64,000 nucleotides of DNA from Myxococcota bacterium (GTDB lineage Bacteria > Myxococcota_A > UBA796 > SXON01), in the NCBI GenBank assembly GCA_040386535.1, contig JAZKFH010000013.1:1-64000 (forward strand), in the 5' to 3' direction. Position 1 is the stretch's first letter. Every line of letters starts with the position of its first letter. Made by a program: the position numbers and the translations under genes. This document shows, one piece after another, positions 25,347-34,506 of the stretch. Under the pieces are notes generated by a model. It was not told the DNA's origin. It saw only the letters and a program-made list of their open reading frames with translations, and made no database searches.

Positions 25347-28300
25347 CGGTCTTCCTCGTCGAGGGTGAGCTGGACGGGGCCATCCGCGGCGAGGGTCTTC
25401 AGGCGGTCCCGGAGGGTGTCGACGAAGGGGTCGATCTCCTCGGCCTTCAACTCCACGTCCGTGAGGTAGCGGCGCATCGCCACGCGGCGCGCGCGGCCCG
25501 GCTTGACCACAGGCGGGTCGATGACGACGGGCGGGTCGACGTCGACGGGCGGGTCGATGACGACGGGCGGGTCGATGACGACGGGCGGCTCGGGCGGCGG
25601 TGGCGGTGGCGGCACCAGGCTCCGCACGAGCTGCGCGGCACGAGCCTCCAGCGCGGATAGGCCCTGTTCGCGTGCGAGGAGCATGCGCAGATCCTTCGCG
25701 GTGGGATCCTTCGTCGTCTTGGCGGCGGCCTCGACCTCGCGGACGAGCCGGTCCACGTCGTCCTGGTCGCCCTCGGTCAGATTGGCCCACTCGGGGAGGG
25801 ACTGAAGGCGGCGCCGCGCGTCGGCGATGGCGGACGTGAAGGCGGCGGCGTGGGTCGCGAACTTCACGGCGACCGCCTGCCGGAGCGACCGGATGGCGGT
25901 GCGGAGGTCGCCAATGCGCTGGGCGAAGGTCTCGGCGCCGAGCACGTCAGCGATGGCGGCGTCGGCCGGATTTGCGATGAGATCGCTCGTGCTCTCGGGG
26001 AACAGGTTTGCGAGGTCGCGCAGCTCGCCGCGGAGCGCGGTCGCCCCCTTCACGAGTTCCTCTCCGTCCCCATCCAGCGCGGAGAGGGCCTCATTCGCCC
26101 ACCGGATGTCGGCGGCGATGGTCGCGTCCGCCGCGCCGAGGATGGACGTGGCGGCACCGGCGTCGTCCTGCAGGAGCGCGGTCAGGTCTTCGGAGAGCTT
26201 CAACGCCCGCGGCTCGCCCGGGAGGCCGAGGAGGCGGAGCTTGGTGGGAAGCGCCGCGATGCGCGAGGCGACGCCGGGCACGTGGCTGCGCACCACCTGG
26301 CCGATGCGCGGCTCGGTGGGGAGCACCTCCACCCCGAAGAGCTCCGCGAGCCGATTGGCGGCGCGCTCCTTGGCCTCGAGCGAGGGGCCACCATCACGCC
26401 GGCCCACACCGACGCGGTTGAACGCCAGCGTCGACTTGAGGGCCTCCGCGGCCTTGGGGCCGGGGATACGCACCACGCCGCCGGCCTCGGGCGGGAACAG
26501 CTCGATGACGCCGGCCCAGAGGAGCCCGGCGAACAGGTAGCGGGTGACGTCCTTGCTCCAGCCCCACGGGGGGCCGGCGAAGTGCTCCTGCAGGAAGTTG
26601 CCCTGGAGGCGCCCCCCGCCGGCCGCGTCGAGCCGCTCGTTGAACTCGCGCAACACCTCGGCGAGGGCCGGGTGGGCCGCGGTGATCTGCGAGCGGCCGG
26701 CCAGCGTGGTGATCAGCTTTAGCGGGTCGATCTCGCGCCCCGCGCGGTCGATGCGCTCGGTGTTCAGCAGCTTGTAGGCGAGATCGGTCGGCGCGCCAAC
26801 GGCGGCGAGGCGGAACTTCTCGTAGACCGTGTCGGCAGCGTCGGTCAGGGCGGCGCGGGCCGCGGCGTCCACCGTCAGGCCACGCTCGGTCGCAGCGCGG
26901 GCGGTGCCCCGGAAGAGGAGGGACCCCTGCATCAGCGCGTCGGTGAGCTGCTTCCGGAGCTGATCGCGGCCGTCGCCTGCCCGGCGCGTCTCGCCGCGCG
27001 CGAACTGGCCCACGTCGCGGTCCGACGGCGTCCCGACCTCGCGCACGATGTACTCGGAGCGGCACACCTCGACGAGGAGCTGGTCCACTTCGTCCGGGAG
27101 CACCACGAGCCACGCGATCGCGTCCTTCCACTCGCCGGCCACGCGGGTCTCGGTGAGCAGCTCCTCGCGCCGGGCGGCCATGCGCACGGCCTGCACCGAC
27201 TCGATGCGGAGGGCGAGGTCGGCAGGGTCGGTGACGGCGGTGCGATCGAAGCGCACCTGCGCCGTGATGCGCTTGGCGTTCAGCAGGCTGGTGGTCGGCA
27301 CGGGGTCGAACACGCGCTTGAGCTCGGCGATGAGCACCTGGGACTTCTCGTTGGCCGCCGGGTGGTGGCGGCCGCGCTTGTCCTGGAGCGGGCGGACGCC
27401 GTCGGAGAGGAACAGGAAGCCGACGCCGTGGGCGTCGTCCGTGCTCCCCTCGACCCCACGGGCCTCGACAATGCCGACCTCGCGGTGGGCGACCATGCGC
27501 TGGAGCACGTCGCGCACCTGGGTGAGCAGGCCTGCCCCGCCCTGCCCGCGGTAGAGCACCGCAGCGAGGTTCTCGGCGGTGCGCGGGAAGTTGTCGAGCG
27601 GCTGGAGCGCGGCGATGGCCTTCGCGACGCGGAGGGCGAGGGCGTCCCCCGGGAACGCGGCGCGCACCCGCTCCACCCCCGCCACGACGTGCGGGAGGTC
27701 GCGCTCGATGTCGGCGCGCAGCGTGTCGTAGAAGTCGTCCACGCAGGCGAGCGAGCCGAACTCGCGCTCGGCGATGGGCTTGATGCCCTCGGGGAGCTGC
27801 CGGTGCGGGTCCACGAGGATGTCCTGGATGACCTTGATCGCCGAACGCAGCCCCACGCCCCGGCGCGCGAGCACGCGGATGAGCGCGAGCAGCACATCGA
27901 AGTGCGCCGGAAGGAAGGGGTAGTACCGGACGAAGCTGTCCTGGTCGAGGTCGGCGGGCGGGGGCGTGAGGCCCGCGATCCGAGTGTAGTTGACCGTCGC
28001 TTGTCCGTTGTCCTTGAACCAGCGCTTCAAGCTCTCCTCGCCGTCCTTGGACTTGGTGAGGAGGCGGCGCCAGGTGATCTCCCGGATGTCGCGCGCGGTC
28101 AGCTCGATGCCGATGGGGAAGCGGTCCTTGAGCTTGAACAGCTCCGCCGAGTTGATCGCGGCCTTCTCGACGATCTCGGTGAGAGTCTGCTGCGCGGTCG
28201 CCGCGAGCCACACCCGGCCCTGCCCCAGCTCCTTGAGCGCGCGGGCGAGCCCGTCGAGGTTGAGGATCAGGTCACCCCGGGAGGCGACGTATTGGCCGGC

Positions 28301-29095
28301 CTCGTCGATGAGGAACAGGATGTTCTTCCGTCCGCTCTTCCGGCGGACGATGTCGATCATCCGGCGCGCCTGCTCCTCCACCGTGGGGGTCTCGGTGAAG
28401 TTGTGGCGGCGGAAGTCGCCCGCGTTCGGGAACTCGTCGGGGAAGAAGGCGGGCATCAGCGCGTCGAGGCGTGCGCCGCCGGCCATCGTGTCGTTGTGGA
28501 TCTCGTCCCAGGTGCCCGGGTACTTGGCGGCGTAGGCGGCCCGGAGCGCGTCGAGCTTGCCGCTGGCGTCGAGGCGGCGCTCGACCTCGGCGATCTTGGC
28601 GTTGGTGGAGTACCCGGCCCACACCATCGTCTTGCGGTACAGCACCGTGGAGACGGGCATCGCGGCGTTCGTCGCGAGTTGCTCTGTGCCGAGGTCGAGC
28701 ATCACCACCGCGGTGGGTTGGCGCTTCGCCAGGGTCTTGAGCTCGGCGCCGATCTCGGGGGACTTGATGCGGTCGGCCAGGAGCTCGAGGAACGTCAGCT
28801 CGCCGACCTTGCGGTCGGGATCGAGGGCGAAACCGAGGTACTTGGTGAACGAGCTCTTGCCGGAGCCGTAGAACCCGGCGACCCAGATCCCGATCTCGGT
28901 GACGTCGGCGCCGCCCACGCCCGAGCCGAAGGTGTCGAGGAAGCGTCGGAAGCACGCCTCGACGTTCGTGGTGACCTCGTACTCCCCGACCTCGCGCCCG
29001 AGCTTCTCGTCGCTCGTCGCCGCGTAGTCGATGACCTTCTCGATTGGGCGGTCGAGCCGGCGGCTGTCGGAGTAGAGGCTCTTGATCGTGGTCAC
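25343..29095 (-). CDS. brxC: BREX P-loop ATPase BrxC (~1250 aa)
   Basis: IEKVIDY, EYEVT, WVAGFYGSGKS, FLIDEAGQY, KLKDRF, YPFLP, PWGWS. GTG start overlaps the brxB stop. Confidence 0.92.
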   Translation of the reverse strand: MTTIKSLYSDSRRLDRPIEKVIDYAATSDEKLGREVGEYEVTTNVEACFRRFLDTFGSGVGGADVTEIGIWVAGFYGSGKSSFTKYLGFALDPDRKVGELTFLELLADRIKSPEIGAELKTLAKRQPTAVVMLDLGTEQLATNAAMPVSTVLYRKTMVWAGYSTNAKIAEVERRLDASGKLDALRAAYAAKYPGTWDEIHNDTMAGGARLDALMPAFFPDEFPNAGDFRRHNFTETPTVEEQARRMIDIVRRKSGRKNILFLIDEAGQYVASRGDLILNLDGLARALKELGQGRVWLAATAQQTLTEIVEKAAINSAELFKLKDRFPIGIELTARDIREITWRRLLTKSKDGEESLKRWFKDNGQATVNYTRIAGLTPPPADLDQDSFVRYYPFLPAHFDVLLALIRVLARRGVGLRSAIKVIQDILVDPHRQLPEGIKPIAEREFGSLACVDDFYDTLRADIERDLPHVVAGVERVRAAFPGDALALRVAKAIAALQPLDNFPRTAENLAAVLYRGQGGAGLLTQVRDVLQRMVAHREVGIVEARGVEGSTDDAHGVGFLFLSDGVRPLQDKRGRHHPAANEKSQVLIAELKRVFDPVPTTSLLNAKRITAQVRFDRTAVTDPADLALRIESVQAVRMAARREELLTETRVAGEWKDAIAWLVVLPDEVDQLLVEVCRSEYIVREVGTPSDRDVGQFARGETRRAGDGRDQLRKQLTDALMQGSLLFRGTARAATERGLTVDAAARAALTDAADTVYEKFRLAAVGAPTDLAYKLLNTERIDRAGREIDPLKLITTLAGRSQITAAHPALAEVLREFNERLDAAGGGRLQGNFLQEHFAGPPWGWSKDVTRYLFAGLLWAGVIELFPPEAGGVVRIPGPKAAEALKSTLAFNRVGVGRRDGGPSLEAKERAANRLAELFGVEVLPTEPRIGQVVRSHVPGVASRIAALPTKLRLLGLPGEPRALKLSEDLTALLQDDAGAATSILGAADATIAADIRWANEALSALDGDGEELVKGATALRGELRDLANLFPESTSDLIANPADAAIADVLGAETFAQRIGDLRTAIRSLRQAVAVKFATHAAAFTSAIADARRRLQSLPEWANLTEGDQDDVDRLVREVEAAAKTTKDPTAKDLRMLLAREQGLSALEARAAQLVRSLVPPPPPPPEPPVVIDPPVVIDPPVDVDPPVVIDPPVVKPGRARRVAMRRYLTDVELKAEEIDPFVDTLRDRLKTLAADGPVQLTLDEEDR
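25512..25583. repeat. 4 x 18-bp tandem repeat in the brxC 3' end encoding (VVIDPP)n
   Basis: GGCGGGTCGATGACGACG x3 plus one variant GGCGGGTCGACGTCGACG. Confidence 0.9.
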
Positions 29096-29664
29096 AGGTG
29101 GCCCCCGACGATGGTGCAGCGGTAGTTGCTGTCTTCGCGGTGGATGTCCACGAAGGAGAGCCCGTCGCGCCCGACGCGGCGGCCCGGGTAGAACACGATC
29201 GCCGGAACGCCGACGCGGTCGTGAAGCAGCCCCTCGATGGTCCGCACGCGGAACCACGGGTGGAGCAGGATCAGGTCGGTGAAGAGCACGATCCGGCGCA
29301 CGCCCGGTGTCGGAGCCAGGTAAGCCGCGACGGCGTCGACGAGGCCACCCGGAGCGCCGAGCACGCCCGCGACGGCGTCGTTGCGGTCCTCGTCGTCGGT
29401 GTCCGCCTCGACCTCGAGCCACGTGTCCCAGCGCCCCGAGCGCTCGATGATGTCCCACAGGAGCTTGCCGAACGACACGACCTCGGGCGTCCACCCGGCG
29501 TTCTGGAGGCGGCCGCGCCAACCGGCGAGCTTCTCCTTCAGCTCCAGCGTCTCCGCGGGGCGATGCACGAAGTAGTAGAACGGATCGCTGTTGGCCGGGT
29601 TCAGGGGGTCGCGGGAGTCGAGCCGCCCCATGAGGTCATCGAAGGTTGATTCGAGCGAGGACAT
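29092..29664 (-). CDS. brxB: BREX BrxB (DUF1788-like)
   Basis: DPFYYFVH, LHPWFRVRTIE, IVFYPG, SNYR; position between brxA and brxC. Confidence 0.85.
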   Translation of the reverse strand: MSSLESTFDDLMGRLDSRDPLNPANSDPFYYFVHRPAETLELKEKLAGWRGRLQNAGWTPEVVSFGKLLWDIIERSGRWDTWLEVEADTDDEDRNDAVAGVLGAPGGLVDAVAAYLAPTPGVRRIVLFTDLILLHPWFRVRTIEGLLHDRVGVPAIVFYPGRRVGRDGLSFVDIHREDSNYRCTIVGGHL

Positions 29665-30424
29665 TCGCCGCCTCCGTCATGCTGGGGACGTGCCAGTCCA
29701 TCCGGACCACCTCGCCGGCGGCCTGGAGCGTCCAGAGGCCGTGGTCGCCGATCCACGCGAGCTGTTCGCGCACCTCGGGCTCGCGCAACCGGAGGATCGC
29801 CCAGTCGGGGTGGCCGGGCAGGCTGCCGTCGCTGGTGCCCGCGAAGTGAAGGTCGCAGGCGAGCCATGCGACCGCGACCGGGTCGGGCCGGAAGTGGACC
29901 ACCTCGCGCATGCCGCGGCTGGGGGGCTTCAGCAGGCCGAACTCGCTCATTTGGCGGAGGATGTGTTGCGTCACGCGGAGCCGCACGGTGCTCGACCAGG
30001 GGCGACTCAGGCGGCCATCCTCCGCGGCCTCGTCGAGGAGGCGGAGGATGTCGTCGTTTCCGACGTGGCCAGCTCGGGCGCGGGGCAGCGACAGGGTGAT
30101 CGCATCACGTAGAACGTCGTCTTGGCGTGCAGAAAGGACGAGGCTGACGTGGGTGAGCCACTCGCCACCGCTGCGGGCGGCGAGGATGCGCTGCAGATGG
30201 ACGGCGGGCGAGCCGCCGGGGCCGAGGAAGCGCCGGGCGAAGACGAAGTCGACGACGTCCTCGGCGCGCTTCGACGTGGACTTCCCGAGCAGGTCCTCGG
30301 CGAGGACCCGCCGGCGCAGCTCCACACCTGTTTCGCCGGGGCGCCACGCACGCAACAGCACGGACGTCTCGGTGAGGAGAGCGGTGCCCTTGAGCGAGCG
30401 ACTCGTGTAGGTCGCAGTCGTCAC
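29636..30424 (-). CDS. brxA: BREX BrxA (DUF1819-like), ~262 aa
   Basis: YTSRSLKGTALLTET...NLLGK-like EDLLGKSTSKRAEDVV, WSSTVRLRV, EFGLL; GTG start overlaps the brxE stop. Confidence 0.8.
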   Translation of the reverse strand: MTTATYTSRSLKGTALLTETSVLLRAWRPGETGVELRRRVLAEDLLGKSTSKRAEDVVDFVFARRFLGPGGSPAVHLQRILAARSGGEWLTHVSLVLSARQDDVLRDAITLSLPRARAGHVGNDDILRLLDEAAEDGRLSRPWSSTVRLRVTQHILRQMSEFGLLKPPSRGMREVVHFRPDPVAVAWLACDLHFAGTSDGSLPGHPDWAILRLREPEVREQLAWIGDHGLWTLQAAGEVVRMDWHVPSMTEAANVLARINLR

Positions 30425-30927
30425 GCGTCGACCTCGAAGTACGGGTAGATGCGGCCGCCCGACGTGGAGCGGTGGTAGGCCGCCGCCATCTCGCTGAACC
30501 CGCGCGGGTGCGCGGCGCGGGTGAGCGGGCCGAGGAGCGCGGGGCCCTCGGTGAAGTCGCGGCCGGCGTCGGACCCGAGCTCGGCGAGCAGCCCGGCGAC
30601 GTCGCCGTCGATGCGGGGGAGCCAGTCGCTGATCCACGAGGCGTCGTCGAGCGCGCCCGCGACGCGGTCTTCGAGCTGCGTCGGGAGGCGGAAGAGGTGG
30701 AAGCCCCCGCGGGAGATGCGGGCGTCGTGATCGCGACGACCAGCGAGCGTCACGGACTCGACGACGGCGCGGTTCGTGGTGCGCGGGAAGAGCTGGCCGA
30801 GCATGCGGCGGCCGACCGGCTTCGTGAACTGCGTGCGCCACCAGCCGAAGCGCTCACCCGCGGCGCCGACGGCGAGGCGGAGGAGGGCGAGGTCGCGGGG
30901 ATGGGGGAGGGTCGGGGGGCGGGGCAT
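30421..30927 (-). CDS. brxE: BrxE family protein
   Basis: LRLAVGAAGE..GWW.TQF, LFPRT, HDARI, FHLFRLP, YPYF match the BrxE pattern as I recall it; first gene of the operon. Confidence 0.8.
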   Translation of the reverse strand: MPRPPTLPHPRDLALLRLAVGAAGERFGWWRTQFTKPVGRRMLGQLFPRTTNRAVVESVTLAGRRDHDARISRGGFHLFRLPTQLEDRVAGALDDASWISDWLPRIDGDVAGLLAELGSDAGRDFTEGPALLGPLTRAAHPRGFSEMAAAYHRSTSGGRIYPYFEVDA

Positions 30928-31096
30928 GGGTGCGCGGGAGAGTAGCGCAGGACGACGCCGGACGGAGGATCTCGCGGACAGAGAGAGCGCAACCCCGCGC
31001 GACGAATCCGCCGGACGGCCGTTCTATTGCAGGAGTGTGCCCGTTGCTGGGGATCAGCCGAAGTCGCCGCGATACAGCCTGACGGGTGAGGTGTCC

Positions 31097-32098
31097 GTGG
31101 AGCGGTTCGTTTTCGTACGCAGTTCGTGGATGAAGCGCTACGCGGGGGATGCCGACGATCCGACGATCGGCGGAGGCAGCTTCACCGAAACCGCGCCGGG
31201 GGGCGAGCGGTACAACTTCAAGGTCGTGAATGGGAAGATGTACGGGCGCTTCCAACCCAAGCGGGCGAGCGGCGGGTTCAGTTTGGACCGGATCGTTGCC
31301 GACGCGCGCGGGGAGACGTTGCTCAAGAACGTGTGCGTCGTCTTCGTCGCGACCAAGCCCGGAGGCGGCCAGTGTGTGGTCGGCTGGTACGCGGACGGAG
31401 TGGTCTACGCCACGGAACGCCCGCCCGGCGAGAAACAGCGGGCAGACTGTGAGTGGAACATCCGCGGAACCGCGGCGAAAGCAGTACTTCTCCCAGTTGA
31501 TCGGCGTACCTGGGACGTGCCCACCGGCGAGGGAGGAATGGGGCAGACTCACGTGCGCTACCCACTGGGCGAGAACCACCAGCCCGAGATCCAGCCGTGG
31601 ATGACCGCGATTCTAAAGAAGGTAGCCGCGTATGACGGCCCGAACCTCGTGAACGCAACCACGACCGACGAGGAGGTGCTCGAGGGCCTTTCCAAGGCGC
31701 TTGCGAAGACGGGGCACCCGGGGTTTCTCGCGGACGCGGCGGCGCGTCGAGCGGTGGAGATGCGGGCGATGCGCAAGGCGATTGCCCACTTCGGCGGCTC
31801 CACGGTCGTGACGGACGACCACAACGGGAACCCCTACGATCTCTCGCTTCTGGTTGATGGGAAGAAGAAGTACGTCGAGGTGAAGGGGACCACCGGTGCT
31901 GGCGAGGAGGTGCTGCTCACGTCCGGCGAGGTGAACTGGTCACGGCAGAACCCGTGCGCTCTCTACGTCCTCCGCGACATAAAGCTCGCCAAGGTCGACG
32001 GGAAGTGGAAGGCGACGGGCGGGAAGGCTGAAATCGTCGACCCGTGGGTGCCGGCGGACGCCGATCTGCACGCCCTAGCGTTCTCCTACCGGGTGTAG
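31097..32098 (+). CDS. DUF3883 (NO VEIN C-terminal-like) PD-(D/E)xK putative nuclease with an N-terminal recognition domain
   Basis: AVEMRAM, PYDL, YVEVKGT, LLTSGE motifs; GAGGTG RBS before GTG at 31097. Confidence 0.75.
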   Translation: MERFVFVRSSWMKRYAGDADDPTIGGGSFTETAPGGERYNFKVVNGKMYGRFQPKRASGGFSLDRIVADARGETLLKNVCVVFVATKPGGGQCVVGWYADGVVYATERPPGEKQRADCEWNIRGTAAKAVLLPVDRRTWDVPTGEGGMGQTHVRYPLGENHQPEIQPWMTAILKKVAAYDGPNLVNATTTDEEVLEGLSKALAKTGHPGFLADAAARRAVEMRAMRKAIAHFGGSTVVTDDHNGNPYDLSLLVDGKKKYVEVKGTTGAGEEVLLTSGEVNWSRQNPCALYVLRDIKLAKVDGKWKATGGKAEIVDPWVPADADLHALAFSYRV

Positions 32099-32154
32099 CG
32101 CCGAGGACGCGCGCGCCATCCACCCGAGAGAGCACGGCCCGATGCAGCGCGGCC

Positions 32155-33897
32155 TCACAGCCGCGGCCCAAACAGGGAGATCTGACGCGACGCCCGAGAC
32201 GCGGCGCGCTGTTGCCGATCGGCTGCGGAGACCGGCCTGACAGGCTCGGCAAAGAGGTCACCAAAGAGGTCCCGCTCCAATGCCTCACACTTCGAGGGGG
32301 TCTTGAACGCCCAGGCGATGTAGGTGTCCTGAAGAACTTCGTCGAGGCCGTGCTCCAGTCGATCCAGGACGGCCACCGCGAGACCCGCGACATCCTCGGA
32401 TTCCGAGGAAGCCCGCCCCCGAAGGGTTCGGAACACCTGCCGCGCAATGAAACGGTTGCCGTGAACGGCAACCTGCCGACGGACGTCCACGCCGTCGCCT
32501 CGTGCCTCCTCGAGCGCTCCTTCGACCTGGCGAAGAACCTTGACGCACCGCCACAGCCGCACTCCTGGAAGGGCCCCGTTGAAGATCGTGGTGTAGGGCG
32601 GCAGAGTAATGTCGGCCCAGAGGCGCCCGATGTTGCCCTTGGCCTGGACCGTCAACTGGATGTCGTCAGCGGCGCAGGCGAGTGCAACGGTGGCCTCCTC
32701 GATGGTACAGCCGTCCTGGCCCGTCAGGTTTGGTTCGCCGCTCCGATACGCGTAGTTGACGCCTTCCAACGAGAGTTCGAGCTTGAGACGCCTCTGCTCG
32801 TCGTCCAGCGCCGCGAAGTCCCTCGATTCGATCCGGTTCTGGGTGTTCGTGGCCCGCGTGACCGCGTTGGCAAACTCAGAGTGGGCTTCGGCGAGGGAAA
32901 TGAGGCGGACCATTACGCGTGCGCCCTCCACTCCTTCCCCGCGCGTTCGCCCGATCGTCCCCACCGTCTGCGCCCCGTTGACGACGGCCACGCCCTTGCA
33001 GACAAAAATCCCCGTGGACCTTGAATCTCCCCCCATCGGCTTCTTGGCGATCTCCGTGCACAGGATCGTGAGTCCGTTGTTCAGGTACCAAAACCGTTCG
33101 GGCTGGGACACGAGCGTGTCAGCGATCGCTTCGTTGACCGCGGAATCACCAAGAAACGAACGAAGGTTCTTGCTGAAAAGCTGATGACGGTGGTCATTCC
33201 ACCATCGGGCAACGTCGGCGACGCTCACCTGACCGTAGAACGCCCTGAAAGGAGCGGCTACCTGCCCCCAGTCCTGGAGCATGACCTCGAGATCGATCGG
33301 TCGCACGTCGATCGACTGGGCGACGGCCTTGTACAGCTCCGCCTGCCCCAGGTACCGCCACAGGACGATTTCGCTCACGTCGTTCACTGAGACGACGAAG
33401 TCTTCCAGTAGCCGCTTGCAAGCCGGGCTTACCGGCTTGGCGCTGGTCGTCACCAGGATGACTTCGAATCGTGTCTTCGGATCATCCAGTGCCTTCGCGA
33501 GCGCCACGTGGTGCGCGCGAAACTTGTCGTTGAACCGTTCAAACCTTGCTCGCTGAAGGTCGCGCACACCCTGGAGGAACTTGCTGACCTCCCCGGAATC
33601 GATTCCTCCCTCGCCCGACTGGATCCACTTCGCCTGTACGAGGTACACGCAGCGCTCGTGCTCGTCGTAGTAGACAGCGTCGATGCCGTTGTCCTGGAAG
33701 CCATCGACGATCTGCGCGCACGCAGGTCGAGGCTCGAGGCCGGAAGCGATCCGGAGTCCGAAGGCGGCGAGCGCGCGGCTGAGCTTGGCGGGCTCGGGGG
33801 CGCCTCGGCCGCGCTTGGCGAGGTCGGACACGTCCACATGCGGCTCAAAGGTCTCGGACAACACCCGTTGGATGTGCCGCATGTGAATCTCGCTCAC
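32155..33897 (-). CDS. AIPR family protein
   Basis: DNGIDAVY..VQAKW (PD-(D/E)xK-like), LFSKNLRSFLG, FWYLNNGLT, VVNGAQT, ATNTQN. Confidence 0.9.
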   Translation of the reverse strand: MSEIHMRHIQRVLSETFEPHVDVSDLAKRGRGAPEPAKLSRALAAFGLRIASGLEPRPACAQIVDGFQDNGIDAVYYDEHERCVYLVQAKWIQSGEGGIDSGEVSKFLQGVRDLQRARFERFNDKFRAHHVALAKALDDPKTRFEVILVTTSAKPVSPACKRLLEDFVVSVNDVSEIVLWRYLGQAELYKAVAQSIDVRPIDLEVMLQDWGQVAAPFRAFYGQVSVADVARWWNDHRHQLFSKNLRSFLGDSAVNEAIADTLVSQPERFWYLNNGLTILCTEIAKKPMGGDSRSTGIFVCKGVAVVNGAQTVGTIGRTRGEGVEGARVMVRLISLAEAHSEFANAVTRATNTQNRIESRDFAALDDEQRRLKLELSLEGVNYAYRSGEPNLTGQDGCTIEEATVALACAADDIQLTVQAKGNIGRLWADITLPPYTTIFNGALPGVRLWRCVKVLRQVEGALEEARGDGVDVRRQVAVHGNRFIARQVFRTLRGRASSESEDVAGLAVAVLDRLEHGLDEVLQDTYIAWAFKTPSKCEALERDLFGDLFAEPVRPVSAADRQQRAASRASRQISLFGPRL

Positions 33898-34056
33898 GAC
33901 TTTGATCCCTCCCGCGTGCGAACGCGCGAACCTTCTCGCACGCGCCAGTCTCCAGCGTCAAGCCGGCGAGGGACAGGCAACACCCGCGGCGCGCACGCCG
34001 CTCCGCGGAGGTCGCGCGCCTGGGCGAGGTGACGCCTGTGGCCGGCCCGCTGCCGT

Positions 34057-34398
34057 TCAGTCGCGCATCTCTCGCAACAGCCCAATCAAGGCCGCTCTTC
34101 GTGCGGGCGGCATCGCGTGCCAGAGGCGCAGCATCTCGGACTCCTCGTCACCTGCCGGAGCGTCCTGCGCGACACCGGCGAGCAGCTGCGCAGGTTGCAC
34201 GCCGAGGGCCTTCGCCGCGAGCACGAGCAACGGCACCGTGAGCGGCACCCGCCCCTGCTCGTACCGCGACAGCGTCCCCGGCTCGATGCCGAGCGTCGCG
34301 GCCAAGGCCTCCTGGGTCACCGCCGCTCCACGACGGGTCGTGGCAAGCCGGGCACCGACGGCTTGCTGGATGATCAGATCGGTGGGGCGGCGCGGCAT
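34057..34398 (-). CDS. XRE-family HTH regulator
   Basis: VTQEALAATLGIEPGTLSRYEQG. Confidence 0.85.
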   Translation of the reverse strand: MPRRPTDLIIQQAVGARLATTRRGAAVTQEALAATLGIEPGTLSRYEQGRVPLTVPLLVLAAKALGVQPAQLLAGVAQDAPAGDEESEMLRLWHAMPPARRAALIGLLREMRD

Positions 34399-34506
34399 GA
34401 AGCAGCGGACGCTCGCAGGTCGGGGAGGGTCGGTCCATGGCGGGAAAAGATGGTGACTTGCGCGATCCGACAAGACGCGGCATCCTCCTCCGGTCGGGAG
34501 GAACCC

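Noticed and set aside
20706..30841. ORF-track start positions for pglX (25790), brxC (29521) and brxA (30841)
   Set aside because: The extensions overlap upstream genes and are Arg/Pro junk; coupled starts at 25346, 29095 and 30424 fit better.
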